A stretch of 64,000 nucleotides of DNA, from NCBI GenBank assembly GCA_963707125.1, contig CAVPOU010000013.1, positions 64,007 through 128,006 on the forward strand. Direction: 5' to 3'. The position numbers and the translations under genes are program-made. Below are positions 48,503 through 57,957 of this stretch, piece after piece. The DNA comes from an uncultured delta proteobacterium. Its GTDB lineage: Bacteria > Desulfobacterota > DSM-4660 > Desulfatiglandales > HGW-15. Position 1 is the first letter of the stretch, and the number at the start of each line of letters is the position of its first letter. The notes beneath the pieces were generated by a model. The model saw nothing but the letters and a program-made list of their open reading frames with translations. It was not told where the DNA came from and ran no database searches.

Positions 48503-48937
48503 ATGAAGCGAGCCTATCGGCGAATCCATCTCCATGTGTTTGTTCTTCTGATCGCAGTTCTTTGCATCGTCTCATCACCCGTGGCCGCACAAGACAATGA
48601 AGCAGAAGGCAATTACAAGAAGTTCATGGCCATTTACGGGCAAGAAAAACCGACCAAGGCAGAGCTTCAGAGTGCACTGGGCTTTCTTGCAAAAGCCAAT
48701 GATCTTTCGCCGAATACATACAAGTACGTGTTCAGCCTGGGCGCGCTGAACAACACCCTTGGTCGTTTTGAGGAAGCCTCTCGGTGGCTCGAAAAAGCCC
48801 ATTCCCTTGCCTCAACCGAACAGCAAAAACATGCGATTCAGGATGAAATTGACTACTGCCAGGTTCAACTGGCCAAGGTCAGAGCGAGTCGATGGAGTGG
48901 CTCAGAGATCTTCCAAACGGCTGAACCCTCTCCCTAA
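48503..48937 (+). CDS. secreted TPR-like protein
   Basis: A signal peptide follows MKRAYRR, and the body shows a helical-repeat pattern. Confidence 0.4.
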   Translation: MKRAYRRIHLHVFVLLIAVLCIVSSPVAAQDNEAEGNYKKFMAIYGQEKPTKAELQSALGFLAKANDLSPNTYKYVFSLGALNNTLGRFEEASRWLEKAHSLASTEQQKHAIQDEIDYCQVQLAKVRASRWSGSEIFQTAEPSP

Positions 48938-48944
48938 CTGGCGC

Positions 48945-49421
48945 ATGGACAGGATGCGTGAAGAAGAGGTGCCTTCCCTGAAGTCATTGGCCCGGCAGGC
49001 CTCAGACATAGGCCTCCATTCTCCTGAGATTGCAGAGATCCGCCTTTTTCTGTTGTTCCTGGATCAGCAACAAAAGGCGGACGATCTCTATCGCATGGCT
49101 AAGAAAAAAGGCCACACATTCGATTTGGGAGAAGAGATCGGGGAACTGGGGCTGACCGAGAGCGAGTGGCGGGCCTTTCTGAAGACCGCATTTCGAGACT
49201 ACAAGGCGGATATTTCCCGGGGATCGGGGGAAATGTCCAATCCGGATGAGGTCAGGTTCCTTCAGCAGGCGTTAAATGAGCTATTGGGTGCGAATCTGAA
49301 GACGGATGGGATATGGGGTCCTACGACACAACAAAAGCTCATAGAATTCCAAAGCAAGTTTAACCTGGGAGCTGACGCTGTCCCTGGTCCTAGAACGATT
49401 GCTGAACTCAAGAGACAGTAG
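48945..49421 (+). CDS. peptidoglycan-binding (PG_binding_1) domain protein
   Basis: VRFLQQALNELLGANLKTDGIWGPTTQQKLIEFQ. Confidence 0.55.
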   Translation: MDRMREEEVPSLKSLARQASDIGLHSPEIAEIRLFLLFLDQQQKADDLYRMAKKKGHTFDLGEEIGELGLTESEWRAFLKTAFRDYKADISRGSGEMSNPDEVRFLQQALNELLGANLKTDGIWGPTTQQKLIEFQSKFNLGADAVPGPRTIAELKRQ

Positions 49422-49545
49422 ACTCTTGCCCGGATGAAGGCTCTGGAATCTAACCCGTAAGCTTGGATGTCCCTTGGCGAGGGGAGATAAGAGCGAGAAC
49501 GCTCATAATTAGCGCCACAAACCATTACATTATTGAGTCTTAGTT

Positions 49546-50835
49546 ATGTTGATCAACTCAGCCCCCTTCGCTTTGATTGTAGAGAAACTGCGCGCCGGTC
49601 AAATGGACCTCACCACGTATGTGGATGAGATGTGCGATCGTGTGGCAAAACTGGATTCGCGCATCGAAGCAATGCTGCAGGAGCCGGACCGGCGCAGCCG
49701 CGTGAGGTCCGAGGCGAGAGAACTCCAAACGCGCTACCGGGATCCTGCAACGCGGCCGCCGCTCTATGGTGCACTGGTTGCTGTGAAAGATATTTTTCAC
49801 GTATCAGGCTTTGTTACAGCCGCAGGGTCAGCGGTACCTCCCGAACTTTTTGCCGGCCCTGAGGCCACATGCGTCCAAATGCTTCGCGATGCGGGTGCGA
49901 TCATCCTTGGAAAATCGGTTACAACCGAGTTTGCGTATTTTGAGCCCGGTCCGACCCGCAATCCCCACAACCTCTCACACACTCCCGGCGGCTCCAGCAG
50001 CGGGTCGGCAGCTGCGGTGGCGGCAGGGTTCTGCACCCTGTCGTTGGGCAGCCAGACCATAGGCTCCGTGATCCGGCCCGCAGCCTTTTGCGGTATCATT
50101 GGCTTTAAGCCGACGCTTCATCGGATCCCAACAGCGGGGCTCGTCTATTTCTCCCGGACCATGGACCAGATTGGGTTCTTCACACAAGATTTGGCAGGCA
50201 CTGCGTTGGCCGCGTCAGTGCTCTGCCGGCCGTGGAGGTCTGTTTCTGCGACAGCTATCTTGCCTGTCTTGGGAGTCCCTACAGGCCCCTACCTGCAACA
50301 GGCAGACCCGGAAGGGTTGCTGGCGTTTGAGCAGCACTTGTCAAAGCTAGAAACTTTGGGTTGCACGATTAGAAGAGTGCCGGCCTTGCCCCACATTGGG
50401 GAGCTTAACAATCTTCACCGGCGCATGGTCTTCGCTGAGTTCGCCCGGGAACATGCTGAAATATACGCCATGCATGCGCCTCTTTATCGAAAGCGGACCG
50501 CTGAGATTATCGAGATTGGGAAAAAGGTCAGCGACCAGGAACTCGCGACTGCCCGAGCCAATTCCTCGGCCCTGAGGCGAGAGCTGGAGGCTGCGATGGC
50601 TCATACAGGCATTGATCTGTGGGTTTCCCCTTCCGCTCCAGGTCCTGCCCCTGAAGGCATCCAGGCCACGGGCGATCCCAACATGAACTTACCCTGGACT
50701 CATGCGGGAATGCCGGTGATCACGTTGCCTGCTGGACAGGCTAAAAACGGGCTTCCCCTTGGCTTACAGTTTATTGCCCCTTTTGGTGCGGACGAACTAC
50801 TGTTGGCTTGGTGCCAGGTGCTCGCAGATGGCTGA
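49546..50835 (+). CDS. amidase-signature family enzyme
   Basis: The amidase signature GGSSSGSAAAVAAG is present, with a conserved K (VAVKDIF). Confidence 0.85.
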   Translation: MLINSAPFALIVEKLRAGQMDLTTYVDEMCDRVAKLDSRIEAMLQEPDRRSRVRSEARELQTRYRDPATRPPLYGALVAVKDIFHVSGFVTAAGSAVPPELFAGPEATCVQMLRDAGAIILGKSVTTEFAYFEPGPTRNPHNLSHTPGGSSSGSAAAVAAGFCTLSLGSQTIGSVIRPAAFCGIIGFKPTLHRIPTAGLVYFSRTMDQIGFFTQDLAGTALAASVLCRPWRSVSATAILPVLGVPTGPYLQQADPEGLLAFEQHLSKLETLGCTIRRVPALPHIGELNNLHRRMVFAEFAREHAEIYAMHAPLYRKRTAEIIEIGKKVSDQELATARANSSALRRELEAAMAHTGIDLWVSPSAPGPAPEGIQATGDPNMNLPWTHAGMPVITLPAGQAKNGLPLGLQFIAPFGADELLLAWCQVLADG

Positions 50836-50950
50836 AAAACGCCCATCTACTGCGTTGCCCTCGTTCCTCGTCATTGCGACGTACTCTTATGTACGTCTCA
50901 CTCCTCGGGATTTCGGGCGCCTTGTATCTGAGCATTTTTGAGCAACCTGC
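50831..50950. repeat. REP-D element copy 2 (left end overlaps the amidase stop)
   Basis: gctgaaaaacgcccatctac...cgtcattgcgacgtact...ttttgagcaacctgc. Confidence 0.8.
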
Positions 50951-51050
50951 GTGGTCTTTCTCGATAGAGAGTTTGGCAAAAGAGTAGGCGTCATCTTTGA
51001 AATACAGCTTAGGGATTTTTCGTCCAATCTTCAAAGAAAGGAGAAAGCTT

Positions 51051-51911
51051 ATGCATCAAAAGGTTATTGATTTGTATGAAAAGTACTCTCATGGATCATT
51101 GGATCGGCGTGAATTCCTCAAGAGACTCGCCCTTGTTGCCGGCGGCACGGCTGCTGCCAATGCGCTGCTGCCTTTGTTGGAACGGAATTCTGCAAGAGCG
51201 CAAGTCGTAGCAAAGGATGATGCCCGTCTGATTGTGGAGAACATGAAATATCCCGGTGAGACAGGCGAGGTTCGGGCTAATTTCGTCAGGCCCAAGGGAG
51301 ATGCAAAACTTCCCGGCGTGGTCGTTATCCACGAGAATAGAGGACTGAATGCCCACATCGAAGACGTGACCAGGCGCATTGCTCTGGAGGGATTCTTGGC
51401 TATAGCGCCGGACGCCATGTCACCACTTGGTGGGACTCCGGAAGACTCTGAGAAGGCCCCTGCACTCATTGGTCAATTAGATAAGGAAAAGACAACAAAG
51501 AATTACCTTGCCGCGGTCAAATATTTAAAGACCCATCCTCTGTCTAACGGGAAGGTGGGAGTCGTGGGATTCTGCTGGGGAGGTGCAATGGCCAACCAGG
51601 TGGCCGTTTATTCTCCGGATGTGGTTACGGTAGTTCCCTATTACGGCGCCGCGCCGGCACCTGAAGATGTCCCAAAAATTAAAGCCTCGTTGCTTTTGCA
51701 TTATGCCGGTATTGATGAACGAATTAATAGTGGCATCCCTGCATTTGAAGCAGCCCTCAAGAAGGCATCAATCGATTACAAACTCTACATGTATGAGGGG
51801 GCTCAACATGCGTTCAATAATGACACAACCCCTGCCCGATATAACAAGGAGGCAGCCCAGCTTGCCTGGCAGAGGACCATCGCGTTCCTCAAGGAAAAGC
51901 TGAAACCCTAA
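51051..51911 (+). CDS. Tat-exported dienelactone hydrolase-family protein
   Basis: Twin-arginine leader DRREFLKRLALVAGG. VVVIHENRGLN and GFCWGG are present. Confidence 0.8.
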   Translation: MHQKVIDLYEKYSHGSLDRREFLKRLALVAGGTAAANALLPLLERNSARAQVVAKDDARLIVENMKYPGETGEVRANFVRPKGDAKLPGVVVIHENRGLNAHIEDVTRRIALEGFLAIAPDAMSPLGGTPEDSEKAPALIGQLDKEKTTKNYLAAVKYLKTHPLSNGKVGVVGFCWGGAMANQVAVYSPDVVTVVPYYGAAPAPEDVPKIKASLLLHYAGIDERINSGIPAFEAALKKASIDYKLYMYEGAQHAFNNDTTPARYNKEAAQLAWQRTIAFLKEKLKP

Positions 51912-52086
51912 GGCACATAGGGACAAAGGCACATAGGCACAAAGCAAAACAAGGGACATAGTCACACAGGCACAGAGGGACAAAGCAGAAGACTTCTTCT
52001 TTTCTTTACCCTTTGCATCTTTGCCCCTTTGTCACTTTGTCCCTTTCTTCGGCTTTGTGCCTTTGTGACTCTGTCCCTTTGCCCCT
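51911..52086. repeat. REP-E large palindrome of degenerate 9-mers
   Basis: The left arm reads aggcacatagggacaaaggcacataggcacaaag... and the right arm reads ...ctttgtgcctttgtgactctgtccctttgcccc. Confidence 0.75.
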
Positions 52087-52099
52087 CAAACTATCAGCT

Positions 52100-53374
52100 T
52101 TAGCTGATAGGGGTCGACTTCCCCATGCAACATTTCTTGTACTTCCTGCCGCTGCCGCAGGGGCACGGGGCGTTACGACTTATTCTGGGATGAGGCTGGG
52201 TCTGCATGGCAGGGCGAGGAGGCACTTGCCCTTCGATGCTCTCCCTGTGCCGTAGGGCGGACAGTTCTGCAAGAAAAGGCTGGCAGTGGGTAAAAAAGCG
52301 TTTGTAGCCCGCACACAAATAGTTCAGCCCTGCTTCGCCATCGGGGGTCCGGAGAATGCGATCCTTCGGGCACCCTCCGTTACAGAGAGGGAGGACCTCA
52401 CATTCCAGGCAATACCGGGGTAAGGTGTCCCATTTGACTTGGCCGAATGCCCTCTGCCTCGGACCTTCGATGAGATCGACCAGCCGGGTCTCACGGATAT
52501 TCCCCAAGTGGTGTTCTTTGTGGACGAAGTGATCACAGGCAAAAAAATCTCCATTGTGTTCGATCACGGGAACATCACCGCAGCTTTTCTTAAAGATACA
52601 CAGTGTATGCTCCTGCCCCAAGGCTGTTCTGGCCGCCTCCTCGAAGATCTGGACTTTTATCTGCCCGATATCCTGACTCGTCCACTCATCGAAGATGGCG
52701 CAGAGAAAAGCGCCAAAGGCCTCAGAGGGGACGGTGCAAGAGCTTACAGTTCCATCGATGTCCGGCCGGGGCTCTACCAAAGGTAAGAAACCCATGTATG
52801 TGGCTTTGATCTGCTTAAAGAACCGGTAAACCTCGGCGGGGTGGTGGACATTGTGCGCGTGTACCACGCACAGGATATCGCATGGGATTCGGTGCTTACG
52901 CAGGAGTTCGTAACCGCTCATTGCCTGGCTGTGGGTGGGTTTCCGCCCTTGGTAAGGCGATGGCTGTCATGCATTTCCTGCGGACCGTCCAGGCTGATCC
53001 CCACGGCCAAATCCTTCTGCAGCTAAAAACCGGCACCAGTCCTCATCGATGAGGGTGCCATTGGTTTGAATCCCGTTGATGATCTGACGGTGAGAGGGCT
53101 GATGCTTGCGCTGCAATTCAACGATCTTGTGAAAGTAATCCAATCCGAGCAGGGTCGGCTCCCCGCCGTGCCAGGAAAAAGGGATTACCGGATCGGGGGA
53201 GGTTTCAATGTGCTGAAGGATGTATTCTTCCAGGATATCGTCGGGCATGCGAAAGGAGTTTTCATCAGGATAGAGGCTTTGTTTTTTCAGGTAGTAACAG
53301 TAGTCACAACTGAGGTTACAAATGGAGCCAATGGGTTTAGCAAAAATTTGATAGGGGCGGGAGGCCTTGGCCAT
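52100..53374 (-). pseudogene. anaerobic sulfatase-maturating-enzyme-like radical SAM/SPASM gene with a SEC-C tail, disrupted by two frameshifts
   Basis: The N-terminal ORF carries CNLSCDYCYY and GGEPTL. The expected LAVGISLDGPQEMHDSHR is in a second frame and KPTHSQAMSGYELL... in a third. The C-terminus reads NAPCPCGSGRKYKKCC. Confidence 0.7.
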
Positions 53375-53396
53375 GGTGTGATCTCCCTCTATGCCG

Positions 53397-54074
53397 CTAG
53401 ACCTTGCTCTGAAAAAGCTTTTCTTTCAAAACCAGACATGCAGCCACAAAAACCACAAAGTCGACAGCAACCGTCAGGAAGATAAAGATAAGGCCCGCAA
53501 AGGCAGATGACGCAGGCATTTGTGATTCTGCGCCAGTATGCCCCATGAAAGAACCTAGGGCGATGGAGAGCATCGAAAGAACGACCAGGGGCAAACTGAA
53601 CTGGAAATTTCCAATCAGACACTTAATCCCAAGCGGTATGCAAGAAAATCTCTCTCCTGTGAGAAACACAAGGGGGATGACATAGATGCTCAAAATATTG
53701 ATCAATCCGTACACGAGTTCAGTAACGGTGCCGGCCGCCAACCCGGAAGAATAACTGATCAGAAGCCAGATGAACAAGGGAGCATGCAAGACGATGCTCA
53801 CTGAAATGAAATTCCACCAGTGCTGACGTAAAAGCTGTCCCCAAGGCACAGGACCTTGGCCAGTGATGATTTCAGTAAATCGCCCATACATTAAAGGATA
53901 TATAATCAAGGTTGCGAGAACAGAACCTAAAGTCAATATCCCGCCAAAGCCCTCTGGAAAAAGAACCGACAAATAGGAGGCACCGATGACTAGATAGGGC
54001 ACAATAAGTAAAGCAGCATTTGATTTGATGAGATTTATTGCTTGAACAATGTGTGGCCGTATGGACTGATCCAT
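53397..54074 (-). CDS. polytopic membrane protein, unknown function
   Basis: About 6 hydrophobic helices. Confidence 0.45.
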   Translation of the reverse strand: MDQSIRPHIVQAINLIKSNAALLIVPYLVIGASYLSVLFPEGFGGILTLGSVLATLIIYPLMYGRFTEIITGQGPVPWGQLLRQHWWNFISVSIVLHAPLFIWLLISYSSGLAAGTVTELVYGLINILSIYVIPLVFLTGERFSCIPLGIKCLIGNFQFSLPLVVLSMLSIALGSFMGHTGAESQMPASSAFAGLIFIFLTVAVDFVVFVAACLVLKEKLFQSKV

Positions 54075-54147
54075 TTACTATAACCTTTCAAGAATGAGCT
54101 GATCGATAACCGCCGACCGCTTATCTCTTCCCCTCTTTCCCTTCTTT

Positions 54148-54489
54148 TTAGCTTTCCAGTTCCTCCAGCACCTTAAAAACAAACCGGATAGGCCATTGAG
54201 CCGGACCGCCATTCAAGGCAAGGGCAACTGCCGCTGTTTCCAGGATCTCCTCCCGGCTGGCTCCAAGGTCAGCAGCACTGCTGACATGGAATTCAATTCA
54301 GCCATAACACTTTTGCGTGATACTGATTCCCAGAGCAACGAGCTCTTTGTATTTCCGAGACAAGGCGCCGTCTTTCAAGGCATCGGCTTCCAGATCTTCA
54401 AATTTACGAAAGGTGCTGATCCCGCTGCGAAACATAGCTTGATTGTACTTCTTGCGGGTTTTTCTTATTTCACTGATCTCATCGAACAT
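54148..54489 (-). CDS. AhpD/carboxymuconolactone-decarboxylase-family protein with an in-frame UGA (probable selenocysteine, C-x-x-U)
   Basis: The track ORF stops at TGA 54298-54300 right after ..ITQKCYG. The same frame continues as IEFHVSSAADLGASREEILETAAVALALNGGPAQWP.. to a TAA at 54148. The TGA sits where the family's second CxxC cysteine is expected. AGGAGA RBS. Confidence 0.7.
54268..54285 (-). promoter_or_regulatory. candidate bacterial SECIS hairpin
   Basis: GUCAGCAGUGCUGCUGAC (7-8 bp stem, G/U-containing apical loop) starts 12 nt after the UGA. Confidence 0.5.
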
Positions 54490-54891
54490 CGCTTTCTCCT
54501 AGATAGAATTTGGTTTTGATAGGGTGGACTATACGGAATAGCCGCTCGTGTGTCAAGGTAAGGGACGGGCGTTTACCCATTTCTTTGCACCCCCTTTGCC
54601 AAGACTTTGTGAGATACCTTCCGAGGAGCCGCCTCCATATCCGCAGCAAACGGAAAAAACATAAAGCAGCCAAGGCGGAGAGGTACCCCGAACAAAAGAA
54701 ATACCAAAGGGAGAAAGACGGCGATCAAAGTGCCGGCCAGGATCAGGAAGGAAACCCGCTCACCTCCGCCCTGCTCCCCGAAAACTGGTCCGGATGTTGT
54801 GATAGTTTTCAGGCATAATCGGGGCCGCGGATGAAGAAGACAGGTGTGAGTCGAAGGCGGTTAAGGGTAGAGAGGATGATCAGGATGTTGC

Positions 54892-54935
54892 GGGAGGAGG
54901 TGAAAGGGTTATGACTTGACAACACCAAGAAACCC
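54892..54935. repeat. 44 bp inverted repeat, left copy
   Basis: gggaggaggtgaaagggttatgacttgacaacaccaagaaaccc matches the reverse complement of 57958-58001 at 42 of 44 positions. Confidence 0.85.
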
Positions 54936-54972
54936 GTAGGCGGGCAAGCCTGGCGTTCACCGTGGATATCGT

Positions 54973-55275
54973 TCATGCGATGGCCAACGCATGGACCTCT
55001 CGCGCCAGCCGGTCTCCTATTCGATCCTCCTCTCGGGCAAGTTCAAAGTGGCTTTGAAGATTAAGCCAGAATTGAGGGGCCATGCCAAAGTAACGTCCGA
55101 GACGCAACGCGGTGTCCGCCGTGATGCACCTGTCGCCATGAACAATTTCGTTGATGCGGCGGGCAGGGACGCTGATATCCTTCGCCAGGCGATACTGCGA
55201 AATGCCCATAGGCTTGAGGAACTCCTCCAAGAGAACCTCGCCGGGGTGGATGGGAGATATCTTTCTCTTGTTCAT
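54973..55275 (-). CDS. higA: HigA-family antitoxin (XRE HTH)
   Basis: IHPGEVLLEEFLKPMGISQYRLAKDISVPARRINEIVHG.R.ITADTALRLGRYFG..PQFWLNLQ. Confidence 0.85.
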   Translation of the reverse strand: MNKRKISPIHPGEVLLEEFLKPMGISQYRLAKDISVPARRINEIVHGDRCITADTALRLGRYFGMAPQFWLNLQSHFELAREEDRIGDRLAREVHALAIA

Positions 55276-55285
55276 GTTTCTGCTC

Positions 55286-55501
55286 CTAATGATAGTCTAC
55301 GATCTCCACGTCATAGGCATTCCCATCTTGCCACCGAAAGCAGATGCGCCATTGATCGTTAATCCGGATGCAGTGTTGTCCTAATCTGTTCCCACTCAGT
55401 GCTTCCAACCGATTCCCCGGGGGCACCCGTAGTGCGGTGAGATCGGGAGCCGCATCAATCATCCAGAGCTTGCGCTCAAAGTGCTGGTTGCGATTACCCA
55501 A
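55286..55501 (-). CDS. higB: HigB-family toxin, apparently N-terminally shortened
   Basis: LRVPPGNRLEALSGNRLGQHCIRINDQWRICFRW. It has a TTG start immediately after the neighbouring gene, and about 20 N-terminal residues of typical HigB are missing. Confidence 0.65.
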   Translation of the reverse strand: MGNRNQHFERKLWMIDAAPDLTALRVPPGNRLEALSGNRLGQHCIRINDQWRICFRWQDGNAYDVEIVDYH

Positions 55502-55513
55502 TAGAACTCAACC

Positions 55514-56398
55514 TCAAGCTTTCTTCGTGTGAGTGATGATGTCCTTGGCGATCTGAGCCCAGACCTCCCCGTGCGGCAGGTCGTGCCCCATGCCTTCTAT
55601 GATCTTCAGCTTAGCCCCCGGCACAGCCTCGGCAGTATCCTTGCCTGCCTCCACTGAGACAAGAGGATCGGCATCACCGTGAATGATCAGGGTAGGTACC
55701 CTTACGCCTTTCAGCGCGGGCTTCCTGTTCTCTTGCGTCAATACGGCAACGAGTTGCCTACCGGTGCCTTGCGGGCAGTAGGCGCGGTCGAATGCCTTAG
55801 CCATGGTGCCACGGACCCATTCCTCATCAAGTCCGAACCGGGGCCCTGTAATCGCCCGGAAAACGTTGAGGTAGAACTGGACGAAGGGCTCACGTTCCTG
55901 AGGGGGAGGGGTGAGCAAAAGACCCATCACCTCAGGCTTAGGCTGCGGGAGATGGGGGTTGCCTGTTGTGCTGTAGATGGATGTCAGGCTTAACACACGC
56001 CGGGGATAATTGATTGCAAGGCTCTGTGCAATCATTCCTCCCATGGACATGCCGCATATATGGGCCTTATCAATTTTCAGAGCATCAAGCAGGCCAACCG
56101 CATCAGCGGCCATGTCCTCGATCGAGTAAGGAGGGGTGACTTTCTGACCGCTCATCAGTTTACCAATCACGTCCATAATGTCAGGCACGCCTGCCTCTTC
56201 GAACTTTGTTGAAAGCCCTGCATCCCGGTTGTCGAACCGGATCACATACCGGCCGGCATCCGCAAGCTGCCTGCAAAATTCTTCGTCCCAATAAATCAGA
56301 TGGCCGCCCAGCCCGATAATGAGGAGGATCGGGGGCGAGGACGGGTTCCCGAAGGTTTCATACTCAATCCGGATATTGTTTGCGCTTGCTTTGGGCAT
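55514..56398 (-). CDS. alpha/beta hydrolase
   Basis: The nucleophile elbow is GMSMGG. ILLIIGLGG and IIHGDADPL are also present. Confidence 0.8.
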   Translation of the reverse strand: MPKASANNIRIEYETFGNPSSPPILLIIGLGGHLIYWDEEFCRQLADAGRYVIRFDNRDAGLSTKFEEAGVPDIMDVIGKLMSGQKVTPPYSIEDMAADAVGLLDALKIDKAHICGMSMGGMIAQSLAINYPRRVLSLTSIYSTTGNPHLPQPKPEVMGLLLTPPPQEREPFVQFYLNVFRAITGPRFGLDEEWVRGTMAKAFDRAYCPQGTGRQLVAVLTQENRKPALKGVRVPTLIIHGDADPLVSVEAGKDTAEAVPGAKLKIIEGMGHDLPHGEVWAQIAKDIITHTKKA

Positions 56399-56599
56399 TC
56401 GATCACCTCCGTGTTCTTGGTACCTCGTCGAAATAGAAATCCTATTTACTAGAGAATATCCTCTTTTGCAGGCATGATCAATGAGGATTTGGTCACCGAA
56501 CGGGAAAATGGAAGAAACAAAATCCGCAGAATTCGAAAGGGGACATTTGATTTTTTGGAAATGCGAGTATATTCGGCCTGACCGGAAGAACTTATGCGC

Positions 56600-57031
56600 T
56601 CAAACGGTCAGAATGACTCCGATGACAATGAGAAGAGTTCCGATGACCGTGAAAACATCAATGACTTCACTCTCCTTCATGGCGAGATAGGCCACCACCA
56701 TGGTGAAAAGAGGATAGATGCAGGTGACAGGAACCACTATGGCCACTTTGCCGATCGCCATGGCCCAATAATAAGAGACAAGTGCAACGGAGTTGCAAAG
56801 GCCCGAGAGAACAGCGAACATCACCCCTTGTTTAGTTGCCGATGTCCATCCCTTATGCTGCCCTGCTGCAAGGAAGAAGAGGATCATGAAAAGCAGGGCC
56901 GTGGCATTGGCAATGGTCGCCCCATATAAAGGATTCAGCCCACTCAAGAGCCCCTTCTTGGCAAAAATCGGCGCCAGCCCAAAGCATACGGATGCAAGAA
57001 CAGCCTCGGTTTGACCGCGCAAGCGATTCAT
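56600..57031 (-). CDS. EamA-domain (DMT superfamily) half-transporter
   Basis: A single EamA-like domain with about 5 TM segments. Its ATG overlaps the stop of the upstream half (ATGA). Confidence 0.6.
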   Translation of the reverse strand: MNRLRGQTEAVLASVCFGLAPIFAKKGLLSGLNPLYGATIANATALLFMILFFLAAGQHKGWTSATKQGVMFAVLSGLCNSVALVSYYWAMAIGKVAIVVPVTCIYPLFTMVVAYLAMKESEVIDVFTVIGTLLIVIGVILTV

Positions 57032-57351
57032 TTCCTTCCCTTCATCAAAAGGATGTACACTCCGGATAGAGTTAGGCCGATGCCGACGAACTGGAGGACG
57101 CTCACTTTCTCACCCAGCACGGTTACCGCAAAGGCAACGGAGATAATAGGGTAGGTGGAACTGATCGCAATGCTCTGGGTCACGCCGATGAATCGGAAAC
57201 TGCTGTAGTAAAGAGCCCTTCCCAGGAGATAGTTGAAGAATCCTGCGAGCATGAAGTAGAAGCGGATCAACAGCGGGATATCGAGAAAGCCGGAGAACTC
57301 TTGCACGCCACCGATCCCTATCAGGAAGACCAATGCCAAGAAATCATTCAA
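57028..57351 (-). CDS. EamA-domain half-transporter, N-terminally short (TTG start, no good RBS)
   Basis: EamA-like helices ending ..GIGLTLSGVYILL. An in-frame TAG lies 15 codons upstream of the TTG. Confidence 0.45.
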   Translation of the reverse strand: MNDFLALVFLIGIGGVQEFSGFLDIPLLIRFYFMLAGFFNYLLGRALYYSSFRFIGVTQSIAISSTYPIISVAFAVTVLGEKVSVLQFVGIGLTLSGVYILLMKGRK

Positions 57352-57513
57352 CCTCGGGAGAATGACGTGAGGAGAACCTGTGCCAAGTGCACCGCACTAA
57401 GCCATCAAGTTTACTGGCGCACAAAAGGCGACACTGGCTGTCCTCAAAAGGGACGATGCGTACCGGCTCTCCCTGGAGGGCAAGCGCTATTTGTGGAACC
57501 TGTGATCGGCGTG

Positions 57514-57648
57514 CTATTTGGTCAAATACGAAATGAGGATGACGATCGCGACCCCCGCTACCAAGATCACCATAAAACCGCCCATGCCCAGGAAGGTAAT
57601 AAATGCGCTCCAGAACCCTTTTTTTTCCTTTGCTATTTTTTCGTTCAT
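57514..57648 (-). CDS. 44 aa single-TM small protein (not in the ORF track)
   Basis: My own translation is MNEKIAKEKKGFWSAFITFLGMGGFMVILVAGVAIVILISYLTK. GGAGG sits 6 nt upstream of the ATG. Confidence 0.35.
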   Translation of the reverse strand: MNEKIAKEKKGFWSAFITFLGMGGFMVILVAGVAIVILISYLTK

Positions 57649-57957
57649 GACAACCTCCATGTGCCAAACGATGGCTAGCGATAAGTTATCGATTGCTTAC
57701 ATTTTACTGCAGACATCGTGTACGTCAAGCAAAAAGTGATCGTTTACTGACTATTTTTCTTTGTTTCTAATCTCATATGATTGTGAATGGATTTATCGCA
57801 GAGATGAATGGTCCTGGAGAGAAAATGGCAGGTTACGATTTGGGAATGAAACCTATCGGGCGGGCAGATAGACTGTCGCTTATGATTTCCCAATTCATAC
57901 GTAACAAATCTTATTTTGTCTAGTGATCCATTTGAGTTGTGCGGCATTATCCTCTAA

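Noticed and set aside
54196-54519. A 107 aa plus-strand ORF across the AhpD-like locus.
   Set aside because: It is antisense to the selenoprotein candidate, which has an RBS, family motifs and continuity across the UGA.
54650-54800. A minus-strand hydrophobic stretch (..GGGERVSFLILAGTLIAVFLPLVFLLFGVPL..) that echoes the GGGERV ending of the integrase-tail repeat.
   Set aside because: There is no start codon or RBS in frame. The similarity to the 44 bp repeat covers only about 14 of 18 nt and could be chance.
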